DNA from: Heptranchias perlo
Taxonomy: Eukaryota
DNA length: 64,000 nucleotides
Direction of reading: 5' to 3'
Assembly (NCBI RefSeq): GCF_035084215.1
Contig: NC_090338.1
Coordinates: forward strand, 53,444,001 to 53,508,000
Made by a program: the position numbers and the translations under genes. The notes below the pieces were generated by a model. That model searched no databases. It was not told where the DNA came from and worked only from the letters and a program-made list of their open reading frames with translations. Position 1 is the stretch's first letter; each line of letters opens with the position of its first letter. Positions 47,720 through 60,012 of this stretch are shown in pieces.

Positions 47720-49938
47720 GTTTCATCATGAAATAGTAGGAGCTTGTAACAAAAGAAATGCAGTCACCATGGACTTTAATCAGCATATAGACTGGGCAAA
47801 TTAAATTGGCAATGGTAGTTTGGAAGAAGAGTTCATCGAATGTATTCGAGACGGTTTCCTAGAGCAATAAGTCATGGAACCAACCAGGGACCATGCTATT
47901 TTAGATCTTGCATTATGTAATGAGAGAGGGTTAATTAGTAATCTCACAGTAAAAGAACCTCTGAGGAAGAGTGATCATAATATGATAGAACTTCACATTG
48001 AGTTTGAAAGTAACATACTTAAGTCAGAAGATGGATTCTTAAACTTTAAGCCAATTACATAGGTATGAGGGGGTGAGTTGTCAAAGGTAGATTGGGAAAT
48101 TAAATTAAAGGGTTTGACAGTTGAAAAGCAATGGCAAGCATTTAAAGAAATATTTCAGTGTTCTCAACAGATATACATTCATTGAGAAATAAAATCTTCA
48201 CTGGAAAGGTGATCCACCCATGGCTAAATAAAGAAGCTAAGGAGAGTTTTAGATTGAAAGAGGCCTATAATGTTGCCAAGAAGAGCAATAAGCCTGGGGA
48301 TTGGGAGAATTTTAGAAACCAACAAAGGACGACCAAAAGATTGATAACGGAGAAAATAGAATATGAAAGTAAACTAGCAAGAAATATAAAATGGATTGTA
48401 AGAGCTTCTACAAGTATGTAAAAAGGAAGAGAGTAGCAAAAGTAAACGTTGGTCCCTTAAAGGCTGAGTCAGGAGAAATTATAATGGGGAATCAGGAAAT
48501 GGCAGATGCGTTAAACAAATATTTTGTATCTGTCTTCACAGTAGAAGACACAAAACAAACCAGAAATAGTGGGGAACCGAGGGGTAAATGAGTGAGGAAC
48601 TTAAAACAATTTATCACAAGAGGAAAATGTATGGGACAAACTAATGGGACTAAAAGCCGACAAATCCTCTGGATCTGATGCCCTACATCTGAGGGTTCTA
48701 AAAGAGGTGGGCTGCAGAGATAGTGGATGCATTGGTTATGATCTTCCAAAATTCTCTAGATTCTGGAACAGTCCTAGTAGATTGGAAGGTAGCAAATGTT
48801 ACCCCACTATTAAGAAGGAAGGGAGAAAGAAAACAGGGAACTACAGGCCAGTTAGCCTGACATCAGTCGTCAGGAAAATGCTGGAATCCATTATTAAGGA
48901 AGTGGTAACAGGGCACTTTGCCTAATCATATTATGATTTTCTGAGTCAACATGGTTTTATGAAAGGGAAATCATGTCTGACAAATTTATTAGAGTATTTT
49001 GAGGATGTAACTAGCAGGGTAGATAAAGGGGAACCAGTGGATGTAGTATGTTTGGATTTTCAAAAGGCATTCGATAAGGTGCCACAAAAAGGTGGTTACA
49101 CAAGGTAAGGGTTCATGGGGTTGGGGTAATATATTAGCATGGATAGAGGATTGGTTAAAGGATAGAAAACAAAGAGTAGGGATAAATGGGTTGTTCTCAG
49201 GTTGGCAGGCTGTAACCAGTGGGGTGCTGCAAGGATCGGTGCTTGGGCCTCAACTATTTACAATCTATATTAATGATTAGATGAAGGGACTGAGTGTGAT
49301 GTATCCAAGTTTGCTGACGATACAAAGTTAGGTGGGAAAATAAACTGAGGACAGAGTCTGCAAAGGGATATAAACAGATTAATTGAGTGGGCAAGAATGT
49401 GGCAGATGGAGTATAATATGGGGAAATGTGAGGTTATTCACTTTAGTAGGAAGAATAGAAAAACAATATTTTTTAAATGATGTTCAGAGAGACTTGGGTG
49501 TCCTTGTACAAGAAACACACAAAGTTAGTATGCAGGTACAGCAGGCAATTAGGAAAGCAAATGGCATGTTGGCCTTTATTGCAAGGAGGTTGGAGTACAA
49601 GAATAAGGAAGTCTTAACTATTGTTACAGGGCCTTAGTGAGACCTCGCCTTGAGTACTGCATACAGTTTTGGTCTCCTTATCAAAGGAAGGATATACTTG
49701 CCTTAGAGAGTTGTGAATCTTTGGAATTCTCTACCCCAGAGGACTGTGGATGCTGAGTCATTGAATATATTCAAGGCTGAGATGGATAGATTTTTGGACT
49801 CTGGGGGAATCGAGGGATATGGGGATTAGGCGGGAAAGTGGAGTTGAGGTAGAAGATCAGCCATGATCTTATTGAATGGTGGAGCAGGCTCAAGGGGCCG
49901 TATGGCCTACTCCTGCTCCTATTTCTTATGTTCTTATG
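47720..49938 (+). mobile_element. CR1 LINE (APE-RT, internally deleted near 49709)
   Basis: EPTRDHAILDL, SDHNMIE, GNYRPVSLTS, SGVLQGSVLGP; 3' tail TTCTTATGTTCTTATG. Confidence 0.9.
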
Positions 49939-50459
49939 ACGTAAACCTTTTTATAGATTTTAAAAAAGTCAATTTGTCCAGTTGGACAAGTAGCTTCTAA
50001 GTGATTGTTGCTGGATCAAGAGCCCTATTTCCAGTTTATTTGTAGGAACAAAAACGAGCAATAAAGTAGCTTCAAAGAGATTCAGACTTCCGGCACTCAG
50101 TAAGTAAACCTAAACATTCTCTCTCATATGACTGGGATATTATGTGCTAAAGTTTGCTTAGAGAAGAGTTAGAGCTGTAGGAATAAACTGGTGTTTATTG
50201 GCAGTTTGCATCTGTTTGATTGTAACATTCAAGTTGACCAAGATATTCTGGAAAGGTGAAGTACAAAATACAGTGGCAGCATTTAGTTGCTAATTGTGTG
50301 GAACTGTGAACCCAAGGCAATTAATAATGGACCAAAAAGGAGCTATTGCTTAATTGCAAGTGGTGTGTGTGTGCTTTCAATGTGTATTTGTTCTAATACC
50401 AAGTTACTACATGTCAGCATAGCTGTGTTGCCTATTGAATCTGTAACATGTAGAGATCA

Positions 50460-51400
50460 GTAAAATATGTTTTGAAGGAAACTCCAGGGACTAGATGTCC
50501 ATTGGGCATTTGGAGCAAATAAGATACATCTTAGAATCTTCAAGGAAATGAGTAGGAAAATAAGCAAGTAGTTGGTTAATTTTAGAAACTTAGCAAATAC
50601 AGCTGTATGTGAGTAGTAGAGGATAGTAAGTGTTTTCCAGATATTCAAAAAGTGAGTATGGTATGAACCTAGCAATCATAAGCCTGTTAGCCTAGCATTT
50701 GTGGGAGGTGAAATGGGCATCATTTTACAGGATGCTTTTGTTCCAAGACCATAAGTGGTAGCTGGCATGGTTCTGGAAGCAATAGATCGTGCCTCATGAA
50801 TCACTGGAATTGTTTTGAGGTGAGGGTTATCCAGTGGAAATCACTTGCCTACATTTTCAAAAAATGTGAAAGTTCCACATGTGGGCTTTTAAAGAAGGTT
50901 GAAGCTCATGGACACAATGTTAAATTAACTAGTTTGATTGGAAATTGGCTTGAAAAAGAAGCCTCAGGTAACAATAAATGGACAAAGTTTTATCCAGGTC
51001 AGTAACTGAGTTCTGTTCTGGGTCCCTTGATGCTTCTGCTATTCATAAATAATAGGGAGGAGAGTACTTGCAATATAATACTTGCTGATGACACTAAGCT
51101 CTGTGGCCATGTAATAAGTGTGAGCGAGATTAATAGCAATCAAAGGAATAGGGACCAGTTAAGCAGATGGACTGAGTGGGTTTTAATGTGCATATAAATG
51201 TATATTGTAAAAAGAAACTGTATTTACATGATGGAATTGACTATTAAGAGTGGAAAAAATTGATTTGTGAGTGCCATCGTGATTCACAAAGTTTCCAGCA
51301 AAAGTGAAGATATTAAGAAATCTGTTCAAGATGAAGGTTTCAGTAGCATGCAGTATAGGATTCCACTAAATATAGTAAAATGTTTACATTGGATCTCCAA
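50460..51400 (+). mobile_element. Highly decayed CR1 RT fragment
   Basis: Remnants of YKPVSL, KVPH..LLKKV, LGPL, ADDTKL. Confidence 0.6.
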
Positions 51401-51699
51401 TAATGCATTATATGCAATCAAATAGCAGGTTCTTGTATGAAAAGTCTTACTACTTTGTGCTGTATTTAGTATAGCCATAAAGCTGGAACTCTGCGGAAAG
51501 TAATTTCTAACAATTGCAATGCTGCTGGTGAATCAAAACTCTTTTTAAATCTAAAATTAGAGAATAAAATGACCCTAATTTTATCAGTTCCTCATTTTAT
51601 CATGTACCTGCTTTCATGTTATAAAAATCTAGTATTATTCTGATTGTACCTCTGTTTTAGTTTCTAGAAAGCTGTAATGCACGAAGGCACTGAAGTAAT

Positions 51700-54600
51700 T
51701 TTTAAACTAGTTGGGGAGGTGGGAGGGGAAAATCCCTACCAAGTCAAAAATTGAGAGAAAAAGATCAACAGAACATAAGGGCAAGGTGGGGCAGTTACCA
51801 AATAAGAGTTAAATACAGAATTGCACATGGCATAAGAAATAAATCAAGTGAGTTGGAAGCATAAATTCACCTTGAAAGGGTATGATGCCATAGCCATTAC
51901 AGAGACCTGGCTATAACCTGAGCATGATTGGGAGCTAAATATTCCAGGCTATAGGATCTTTAGAAAGGACAGGGAAATTGGGAAAGGAGAGAGTGTAGCA
52001 ATGTTGATAAAAGACACAGTGAACGCAGTAAAAAGAAGTGATTTCAGTAAGGGTGATCAGGCAGTGGCAACAGTATGGGTAGAGTTAATGAACAGTAAAG
52101 GATGCAAGGCTCTGGTAGGAATTGTCTACAGACCTGATAGTAGTAATGTAGTGGAGGGATGTATAAATATGGAGATGAAGGAAGCATGTAGCAAAAACAA
52201 GTGGTTATAATGGGAGATTTTAATTTCCATATAGACTGGGAGAACAGCTCCAGTAGTAAAGGCAATCAATTTCTAAAATGTATTCAGGGTAATTTTTTTA
52301 GAACGATATGTTTTAGCACTGAGAAGGGAACATTCTATACATTCAATACGAATTTAGTGATGAGTAATAAACCAGAGTTAGTTAACAATCTTGACGGTGA
52401 GGGAGCATCTTGCGAATAGTGACCATAATATGATTGAATTTGATATTAGGTTTGAGAGGGAGAAGTGAGAGTCATATACCATGTTTTTAAATTTAAGTAA
52501 AGTAAGCTTCAAAGGGATGAAAAATTAATTGACTACAGTAACCTGGGCTGAACTGTTGATGGATAAACCTACGAACAGTGGGAATTATTCATATATTTGG
52601 TAGGATACAAAACCAGTACATATCCCTAAAAGGCAAAGGCTCCACTTGTGTAGTTAAGGAACCACAGTCAACATATGAGGTAAGAGAGAGAGAGTATCAA
52701 GCTAAAAGAAAAGGCTTCCACAAATGCAAAGTGGAAATCTGGTGAACTGGGAGAGGTATAAAAAGGATACAAAGAAAGTAATAGGTGCAAAAAGGGAATA
52801 TTGAAAAAAATATTGCAAGGGATATCAACGTTAACAGCACAGTTTTTTATAAATATATTGAGTTGTAAAGGGGAATATGGGCTCCTTAAGGATGGATGCA
52901 GGATAATAAGGAAATAGCAGACTTGTTAAATGAGTACTTTCTATCTGTTTTCACAGTGGAGGAAGAGGACAAAATACTAGCGGCACAAGGGAACCTAAAA
53001 ATAAGTCAAGGGGAAGAACTTAGTGGATTTAATATAAGTAAAATTCTTTACTTTACAGAGTTCTTTGAATAAGTAACAAAGCGTGGACAAGGGTAATGCA
53101 GTAGATGAAATGTAATATATTTGGATTTTCAAAAGGCTTTCAATAAGGTACCGCATAGTAGACTCCTGACTAAAGTCAGCATGTGGAGTTGGGACAAGTA
53201 GCAAACTGGCTACAGAACAGAAAACAGAGTAGGGTTTAAAGGTAGCTACTCAGACTGGCAAAAGGTGGGAATTGGTGTTCCACTTGCAGGGGAGACCAGA
53301 ATTAGGGGCCATAAATATAAGATAGTCACCAATGAATCCAGTAAGGAATTCAGGAGCAACTTCTTCACCCATAGAGTGGTTAGAATGTGGAACTTGCTAC
53401 CACAAGGAGTAGTTGAGGCGAATAGCATAGATACATTTAAGGGAAGCTAGATAAACACGAGGCAGAAAGGAATAGAAGGTTATGCTGATAGGGTTAGATG
53501 AAGTAGGGTGGGAGGAGGCTCAAGTGGAGCATAAACACCAGCACAGACCAGTTGAGCCGAATGACCTGTTTCTGTGCTGTACATTGTAATGTAATTCAAT
53601 GCAAGAAAAAATAATGGGACTTAAGATAGATGAATCTCTAGGACATGATGGTCTCCATCATAAGGTATTAAAAGAAATAGGTGAGGAAATTGTAGATACT
53701 AGTCATAATTTTCCAAAGTGCTGTAGATTCAGAAATTGTGCCTTTTGGTTTTGAAAATTGCAAATGTCACTCCATTGTTTTAAGAAAGGAGGACTAGAGA
53801 AACCAGGTAACTACAGATCTGTCAGTTTAATATCAATTGTGGGGAAGTTATTGGAATCTATATCAAGTGACTGAGCACTTGGACATATCAGTTGATCAGA
53901 GAGTTGGCATGGATTTGTGAAGGGCAGGTCATGTCTGACTAATCTACTTCAATTTTTTTGAAGTGGCTGCCAGCATCATGGATAGGCTTGTGTCTACGGA
54001 TATTGTCTATGGACTTCCAGAAGGCATTTGATAAGATTCCACACGAGATTACTAGCAAAAATGAGAGCGTGTGGAATTTGAGGTCATCTTGTGTAGTGGG
54101 TTGGTAATTGGTTGGGAGGTAGGAGATGGCGAGTAGGGATAAAAGGTTTGTTCTCTGATTGGCTTGGTGTGACATGGTATCCCCAGGGACCTGTTTGGGG
54201 CTTCAGCCTTTCCCCCATATATATCAATGACTTGGATGAAGGAATAGAGTTGTTCGTCCAAGTTTGTAGATGACACCAAGTTAGGAACAATGGTTAGGCC
54301 CCCATCTAGAGTACTGTGTTCAGTTTTGGACACCGAACCTCAGGAAAAATATATGGGCCTTGGAAGGGGTTCAGCTTTCATTTATCAGAAGGATACGAAG
54401 GCTTAATGGATTAAATTATGAGGACAGGTTGCATAAACTTGACTTGTATTCCCTTGAGTATAGAAGATTGAGGGGTGATCTAATCGAGGTATTTAAAATT
54501 AAGATATTTAATAGGGTAGATACAGAGAAACTATTTCCTCTTGAGGGAATCCATAACAAGAGGGCATAATAACATTAGAGCTAGGCCATTTAGGAGTAAA

Positions 54601-54830
54601 ATTAGGCAGCACTTTTTCACAAAAAGGGTAGTGGAAATCTGGAACTTGCGCCCCCCCCCCCCCCCCCCAAAAGGCTGTGGATGTTAATTGAAATCGAAAT
54701 CAATAGATTTTTAAGTTCAGGATTATGGAGCAATGGCGGGTAAATGGAGTTGAGGTATTGATCAGCTGTGATCAAATTCAATGATTGAATAGGCTTGAGG
54801 GCTGAACAGCCTACTCCTATTCCTATGTTC
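51700..54830 (+). mobile_element. CR1 LINE (APE-RT) with a nested, internally deleted CR1 at about 53050-53600
   Basis: [26 protein letters not shown]; host resumes at about 53600; tails at 53580 and 54830. Confidence 0.85.
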
Positions 54831-55139
54831 TTAACTCCAAAATATTTTAATTTTGCCACACATCAAGGTTAAAACTATTTGCTCCATTGCTCATTGAGAT
54901 TGGATAGTTTTCTATTGAGAAGCAGGAATGGGGTCTGCTTCATACTTCAGTTCTGCATTTGACAAAGCTGAAAGTGGAACTGAAGCTGGAAGCATTGCTG
55001 GTACTGCATTGGTCAAGCTGCAGTGAAAATATTTGTTCTAATGAATCATAAAGCTGAAAATTTAAGTTGGTTATCACAAATTAGTTATGGTTGTTTTTAT
55101 TGAAGTAGCAAAGTAGTCCTTGCTGTGAATAAACTATGC

Positions 55140-56875
55140 AACTTAGGTGGTGGACAATTAAACAACTAACGGGAGGAGGAGACTCCGGTGAACATCCCCA
55201 CCCTCAATGATGGCAGAGCCCAGCATGTGAGAGCAAAGGTCAAGGCTGAAGTGCCAAGTTGATGATCCATCTCTACCTCCTCGCGAGATCCCCACCATCG
55301 CAGAAGCTGGTCTTCACCCAATTCGGTTCACTCCACGTGATATCAAGAAATGGCTGAGTGCACTGGATACAGCAAAGGCTATGGGTCCCAACAATATCCC
55401 TGCTGTAGTGCTGAAGACGTGCTCCAGAACTATCCTCTCCTCTAGCCAAGCTGTTCCAGTACAGCTACAACACTGGCATCTACTCGACAAAGTGGAAAAT
55501 TGCCACGGCATGTCCTGTCCACAAAAAGCAGGACAAATCCAAACCTGCCAATTATCGCCCCATCAGTCTACTCTCAATCATCAGCAAAGTGATGGAAGGT
55601 GTCGTTGACAGTGCTATCAAGTGGTACTTACTCACCAATAATCTGCTCACTGATGCTCAGTTTGCATTCTGCCAGGACCACTCGGCTCCAGACCTCATTA
55701 CAACCTTGCCCAAACATGGACAAAAGAGCTGAATTCCAGAGGTGAGGAGAGAGTGACTGTCCTTGACATCAAGGCAGCATTTGACAGAGTCTGGCATCAA
55801 AGAGCCCTAGTGAAATTGAAGTCCATGGGAATCTAGGAAAACTCTCCATTGGCTGATGTCATACCTGGCACAAAGGAAGATGGTAATGGTTGTTGAAGGC
55901 CAATCATCTCAGCCCCAAGACATTGCTGCAGGAGTTCCTTACGGCAGTGTCCTAGGCCCAACCATCTTCAGTTGCTTCATCAATGACCTTTTTTCCATCA
56001 TAAGGTCAGAAGTGAGGATGGTTGCTGATTGCTCAGTGTTCAGTTTCATTCGCAGCCCCTCAGATAATGAAACAGTCCATGCCAGCATGTAGCAAGATCT
56101 GGACAACATCCAGGCTTGGCTGATAAGTGGCAAGTAACACTCATGCCAGGCAATGGCCATCTCCAACAAGATAGTCTAACCACCACCTCATGACATTGAG
56201 GTATTACCATCGCCAAATTCCCCTCCCAACATCCTGGGGGTCACCATTGACCAGAAACCTAACTGGGCAAGCCACATAAATACTGTGGCTACAAGAGCAG
56301 GTCAGAGGCTGGGTGTTCTGTGGTGAGTGACTCACTTCCTGACTCCCCAAAGCCTTTCCACCATCTACAAGGCACAAGTCAGGAGTGTGATGGAATACTC
56401 TCCACTTGCCTGGATGAGTACGGCTCCAACAATACTCAAGAAGCTCAACACCATCCAGGACAAAGCAACCCACTAGATTGGCACCCCATCCCCCACCTTA
56501 AACATTCACTTCCTCCACCACTGGCACACTGTGGCTGCAGTGTGTACCATCTACAAGATGCATTGCAGCAACTCGCCAAGCCGCCTTCAACAGCACCTCC
56601 CAAACCCGCGACCTCTACCACCTAGAAGGAGGAGGGCAGCAGGCACATGGGAACACCACCTGCATGTTCCCCTCCAAGTCACACACCATCCTGACTTGGA
56701 AATATATCACTGTTCCTTCATCGTTGCTGGGTCAAAATTCTGAAACTCCCTACTTAACAGCATGGACTGCAGCGGTTCAAGAAAGCGGCTCAGCATCACC
56801 TTCTCAAGGGCAGTTAGGCATAGGCGATAAATGTTGGCCCTGCCAGCGACGCCCATCTCATGAATGAATAAAAAT
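55140..56875 (+). mobile_element. Second LINE family, longer copy
   Basis: GPNNIPAVVLK, LDIKAAFDRVWH, DIAAGVPYGSVLGPTIF; ends ATGAATGAATAAAAA; homologous to 13400-14408. Confidence 0.88.
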
Positions 56876-57389
56876 GATAATTTAACCATTAGGAAAGCAC
56901 AAGTTTGTAAACAGTTGTTGGATTTTTGCATGTTTGATGGGCCTTTGCCCCATTTTTGGCTTTCTCAATTTTATGCTCTGTCCTGTTAAGTCCCCAATCA
57001 CGATTATTGCATTTTTGTTGTTGGATTGTTTACTGTCAATTGAAGTACCTATTGACATTGCATTTTCTTTCTTCCATGGCAATCAAATTGTATCAAACGT
57101 ACATGTATCTAGTTTACAGTTGGGCTGTTATACCATTCCTCTCTTGGTGTGACTATAAAGCAATAACTCCTTTCTTCACCATCCGTAATTTATAAGCTAT
57201 CTCTGTTGAATCCTGTACACTATGAAATTGAAAAGTGTTCTAAAATAGAGCAGGAGAAAGCAAAATGCAACCTGAAAATTAAAAAACAATAATGAAAAAA
57301 CATGAACATTACCAGGGAAGTGTGAATTTTAATATCAAAGTTTTTAAAATTCTCCAGTGGAGACATAATAGGGGAGCCATTGCCTATAA

Positions 57390-57520
57390 TAACTACTTGC
57401 ATTTCTACAGCACATTTCATGACCCCCGGACATCTCAAAATGCTTCACAGCCATTGAAGTACTTTTGGTGTAGTGACTGTTGTGACGTGGTAACCAATTT
57501 GTGCGGTAATTTTGAAGTAT
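57390..57520 (-). mobile_element. DeuSINE-like tail fragment
   Basis: ACTTGCATTTCTACAGCAC...GAAGTACTTTTG..TAGTGACTGTTGT. Confidence 0.6.
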
Positions 57521-57539
57521 AGTAGTGAACATCTTGAGT

Positions 57540-57733
57540 TTTATCCAATGATGAACAATTCCGTGAAGATACTTTAAGTCAAATATTATGCAACTTTCTA
57601 TCAAGTACAGGAGTTGATTCAAATGAAATTACTTGAATATGGAGATTGTATGATGTCCTATTCTAAATTTGGGTGGGCACCCTATATGGACATGGATTGG
57701 CTTTAAGTGTAACTCAGTGAAGGTGAAAGAGGT
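57540..57733. repeat. 194-bp dispersed direct repeat, copy 1
   Basis: Ungapped match to 59576-59769 with 17 mismatches by manual count. Confidence 0.92.
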
Positions 57734-57974
57734 TCCCTTGCTCCTACACACCCCAGTGCAGCTCAGACATCAGAGACCACACATACTTTTGCCTGCAAAC
57801 CTTGACGAACCAAAATATCACCCAATCTGACTGCTCATTCAGTTTTTAAAAAAAACCTAAGTCTTGTCAGAAACTTCCTTTACATCAAGAGGCAGAGCCC
57901 ATCAGTCATCTTGCAACCTAATAGCTGCAATTGCCTACTAAGGTTTCCATCAGCTGAAGTTGCTTGTGTTCATA

Positions 57975-58640
57975 ATTACAGATGAGGGAGGTCATTCAGC
58001 TCATCCGTCCATAGAAATCTGATTTTTTTTTCCCCCCTCTCCCAATCATGGCATTTTAACTGTCCCTTGAATGGTTCCACATTTTTTGCCTCCACTGCCC
58101 TATCTGGAAGACCATTCATATATTGATCATTTTGTGTCAAGTGCTTCCTGACATCAGTTCTGAATTTGCATTTTACTAGTTGGTACCAATGCCCCCTTGT
58201 CCTGCAAGTTACTAGTGTAATTGTTCATTAACGTTTCAGGCGTAGGGGGTATCTTGTATAATTTTATCCTCCTTTCTGTCCTAAAGTTTTCTAGTCATAC
58301 AGGAGTATCGTTCCATGAGTGGTGATGGCTCTTCAGTATCTCATTCAAGTGCATTCTTCATGTACAAGCCTGAATGAGTGGTGCTTGGATTTGATCATGT
58401 CAGGAGCCATCATAGATGAACCTGATCCTGTCCTTGTGTTATATTCAAGAAATATTATTAGATAGCATTTACGAGTAGGAACTGTGTGAGGTCACACTCC
58501 CCCCTCCTCCAGCCTATGGATGCTGAGTTCCATTGTAGCAATGCTGAAATTATGCTGAGTTTATGTAACTCAACATAGATCAGAGATTGAATCTAGGATC
58601 ATCATGGCATTGTATGGTCAAGCTCAACATCGTTAATTAG
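57975..58640 (-). mobile_element. Old CR1 tail followed by SINE-like family B fragment
   Basis: GCCTCCACTGCCCTATCTGGAAGACCATTC; later TAACTCAACATAGATCAGAGATTGAATC. Confidence 0.55.
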
Positions 58641-59575
58641 AAGATCATTCCATAAAACTGTGATCTGAGAAATCTTGCCCATTTTAGCTCATTTAGGTGT
58701 GAGGGACTTCAGAATGGAAAGACTCATTGTTATATAATTTAATAGGATTAAAAATGGAGGTGTTAGCAGGCCCAGACAGTGGCCACCCCAAATTCCTGAA
58801 GGAAGTTGGGGAGGAGATAGCTGAGGCACTAGCCATCATTTTCAAAAATTGAGAAATATGAATTGTCAAAGGACTGGAAGGTGATGTATCACCTTCATAT
58901 TCAAGAAAGAGGATGGGATAAACCTGGAAGTTATAGGTCAGTTAGGCTTGCCTAGAAGTTGTTAACATCTAGAGTCCATAATACAGAATGAAGTTAGTGA
59001 ATACTTAGAAGGTATTGCGTAATATCATGGGCAGGTCGTGATTGACTAACTTATTTGAATTCTTCAAGGAAATCAGTGTATAGATAGAGGATGTGGTTCA
59101 TGTACGTGAATGTATTTATAAGAGACTTGTTACAAAATTAAAGCTCATGGTATTAAGAGAAATAGATAGACAGATGGTTAAGGGACTGAAAGCAAAGAGT
59201 AGTAGTAAATGGATATTTTTCAGATTGGTGTGATGAGAGTAGTGGTGTGCCTCCCAGTATCCATGCTGGAGCCACTTTTGTTTTCCATTTAATTATAAAT
59301 GGTTTGGGCATAGGCACTGAAGAAATGATATTGAAGTTTACTGATACCAAATTAGGAGTGGGGCAAACTGGAGGAGAGGGAGGTTGCAAGGGAACATGGG
59401 TTAGTGCAGCGAGCAGATAAGTAACAGATACAGTTCAATGTATCAAAGTGTGAAGTTGTGCTTTTTGGGGGCTGAAAGAACGATGAAAGGAAGTATACCG
59501 TAAATGGTAAGATTCTTGTGGATGCCGAGAGATATAATGATGCAGATACTTGGATCTTTAAACATGGAAATGCAG

Positions 59576-59769
59576 TTTATCCAATGATGGACAATACTGT
59601 GAAGATATTTTAAGTCCAATATTATGAAACTTTCTATCAAGTACAGGAGTTAATTAAAATGAATTTCCTTTAATATGGAGATTTTATGATGTCCTATTCC
59701 AAATTTGGGTGGGCACCCAACATGGACATGCATTGGCTTCAAGTGTAACTCAGTGAAGGTGAAAGAGGT
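59576..59769. repeat. 194-bp dispersed direct repeat, copy 2 (inside CR1)
   Basis: Interrupts CR1 RT-region sequence between ...GGAAATGCAG and GTAAAAAAGTG... Confidence 0.9.
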
Positions 59770-60012
59770 GTAAAAAAGTGAGATTCTGAGTTTTGTACAT
59801 ATGGGCATTGGATATAAGAGTGAAGAAGTGATATTGTTTAGACTATAGTTGCGGAGCATTGCATGCAGGTCTGGGTACTTCAATGTAGGAAGAATATCAA
59901 AGCCATGGAATGGTTACAGCGTACGTTCACTATACCGGAAATGAGAGAGTCATGAAGAAGCTCAAAAATTGAAGCTTTTTCACTGGAATAAAAGGGGACT
60001 TAAAAGGGAAAG

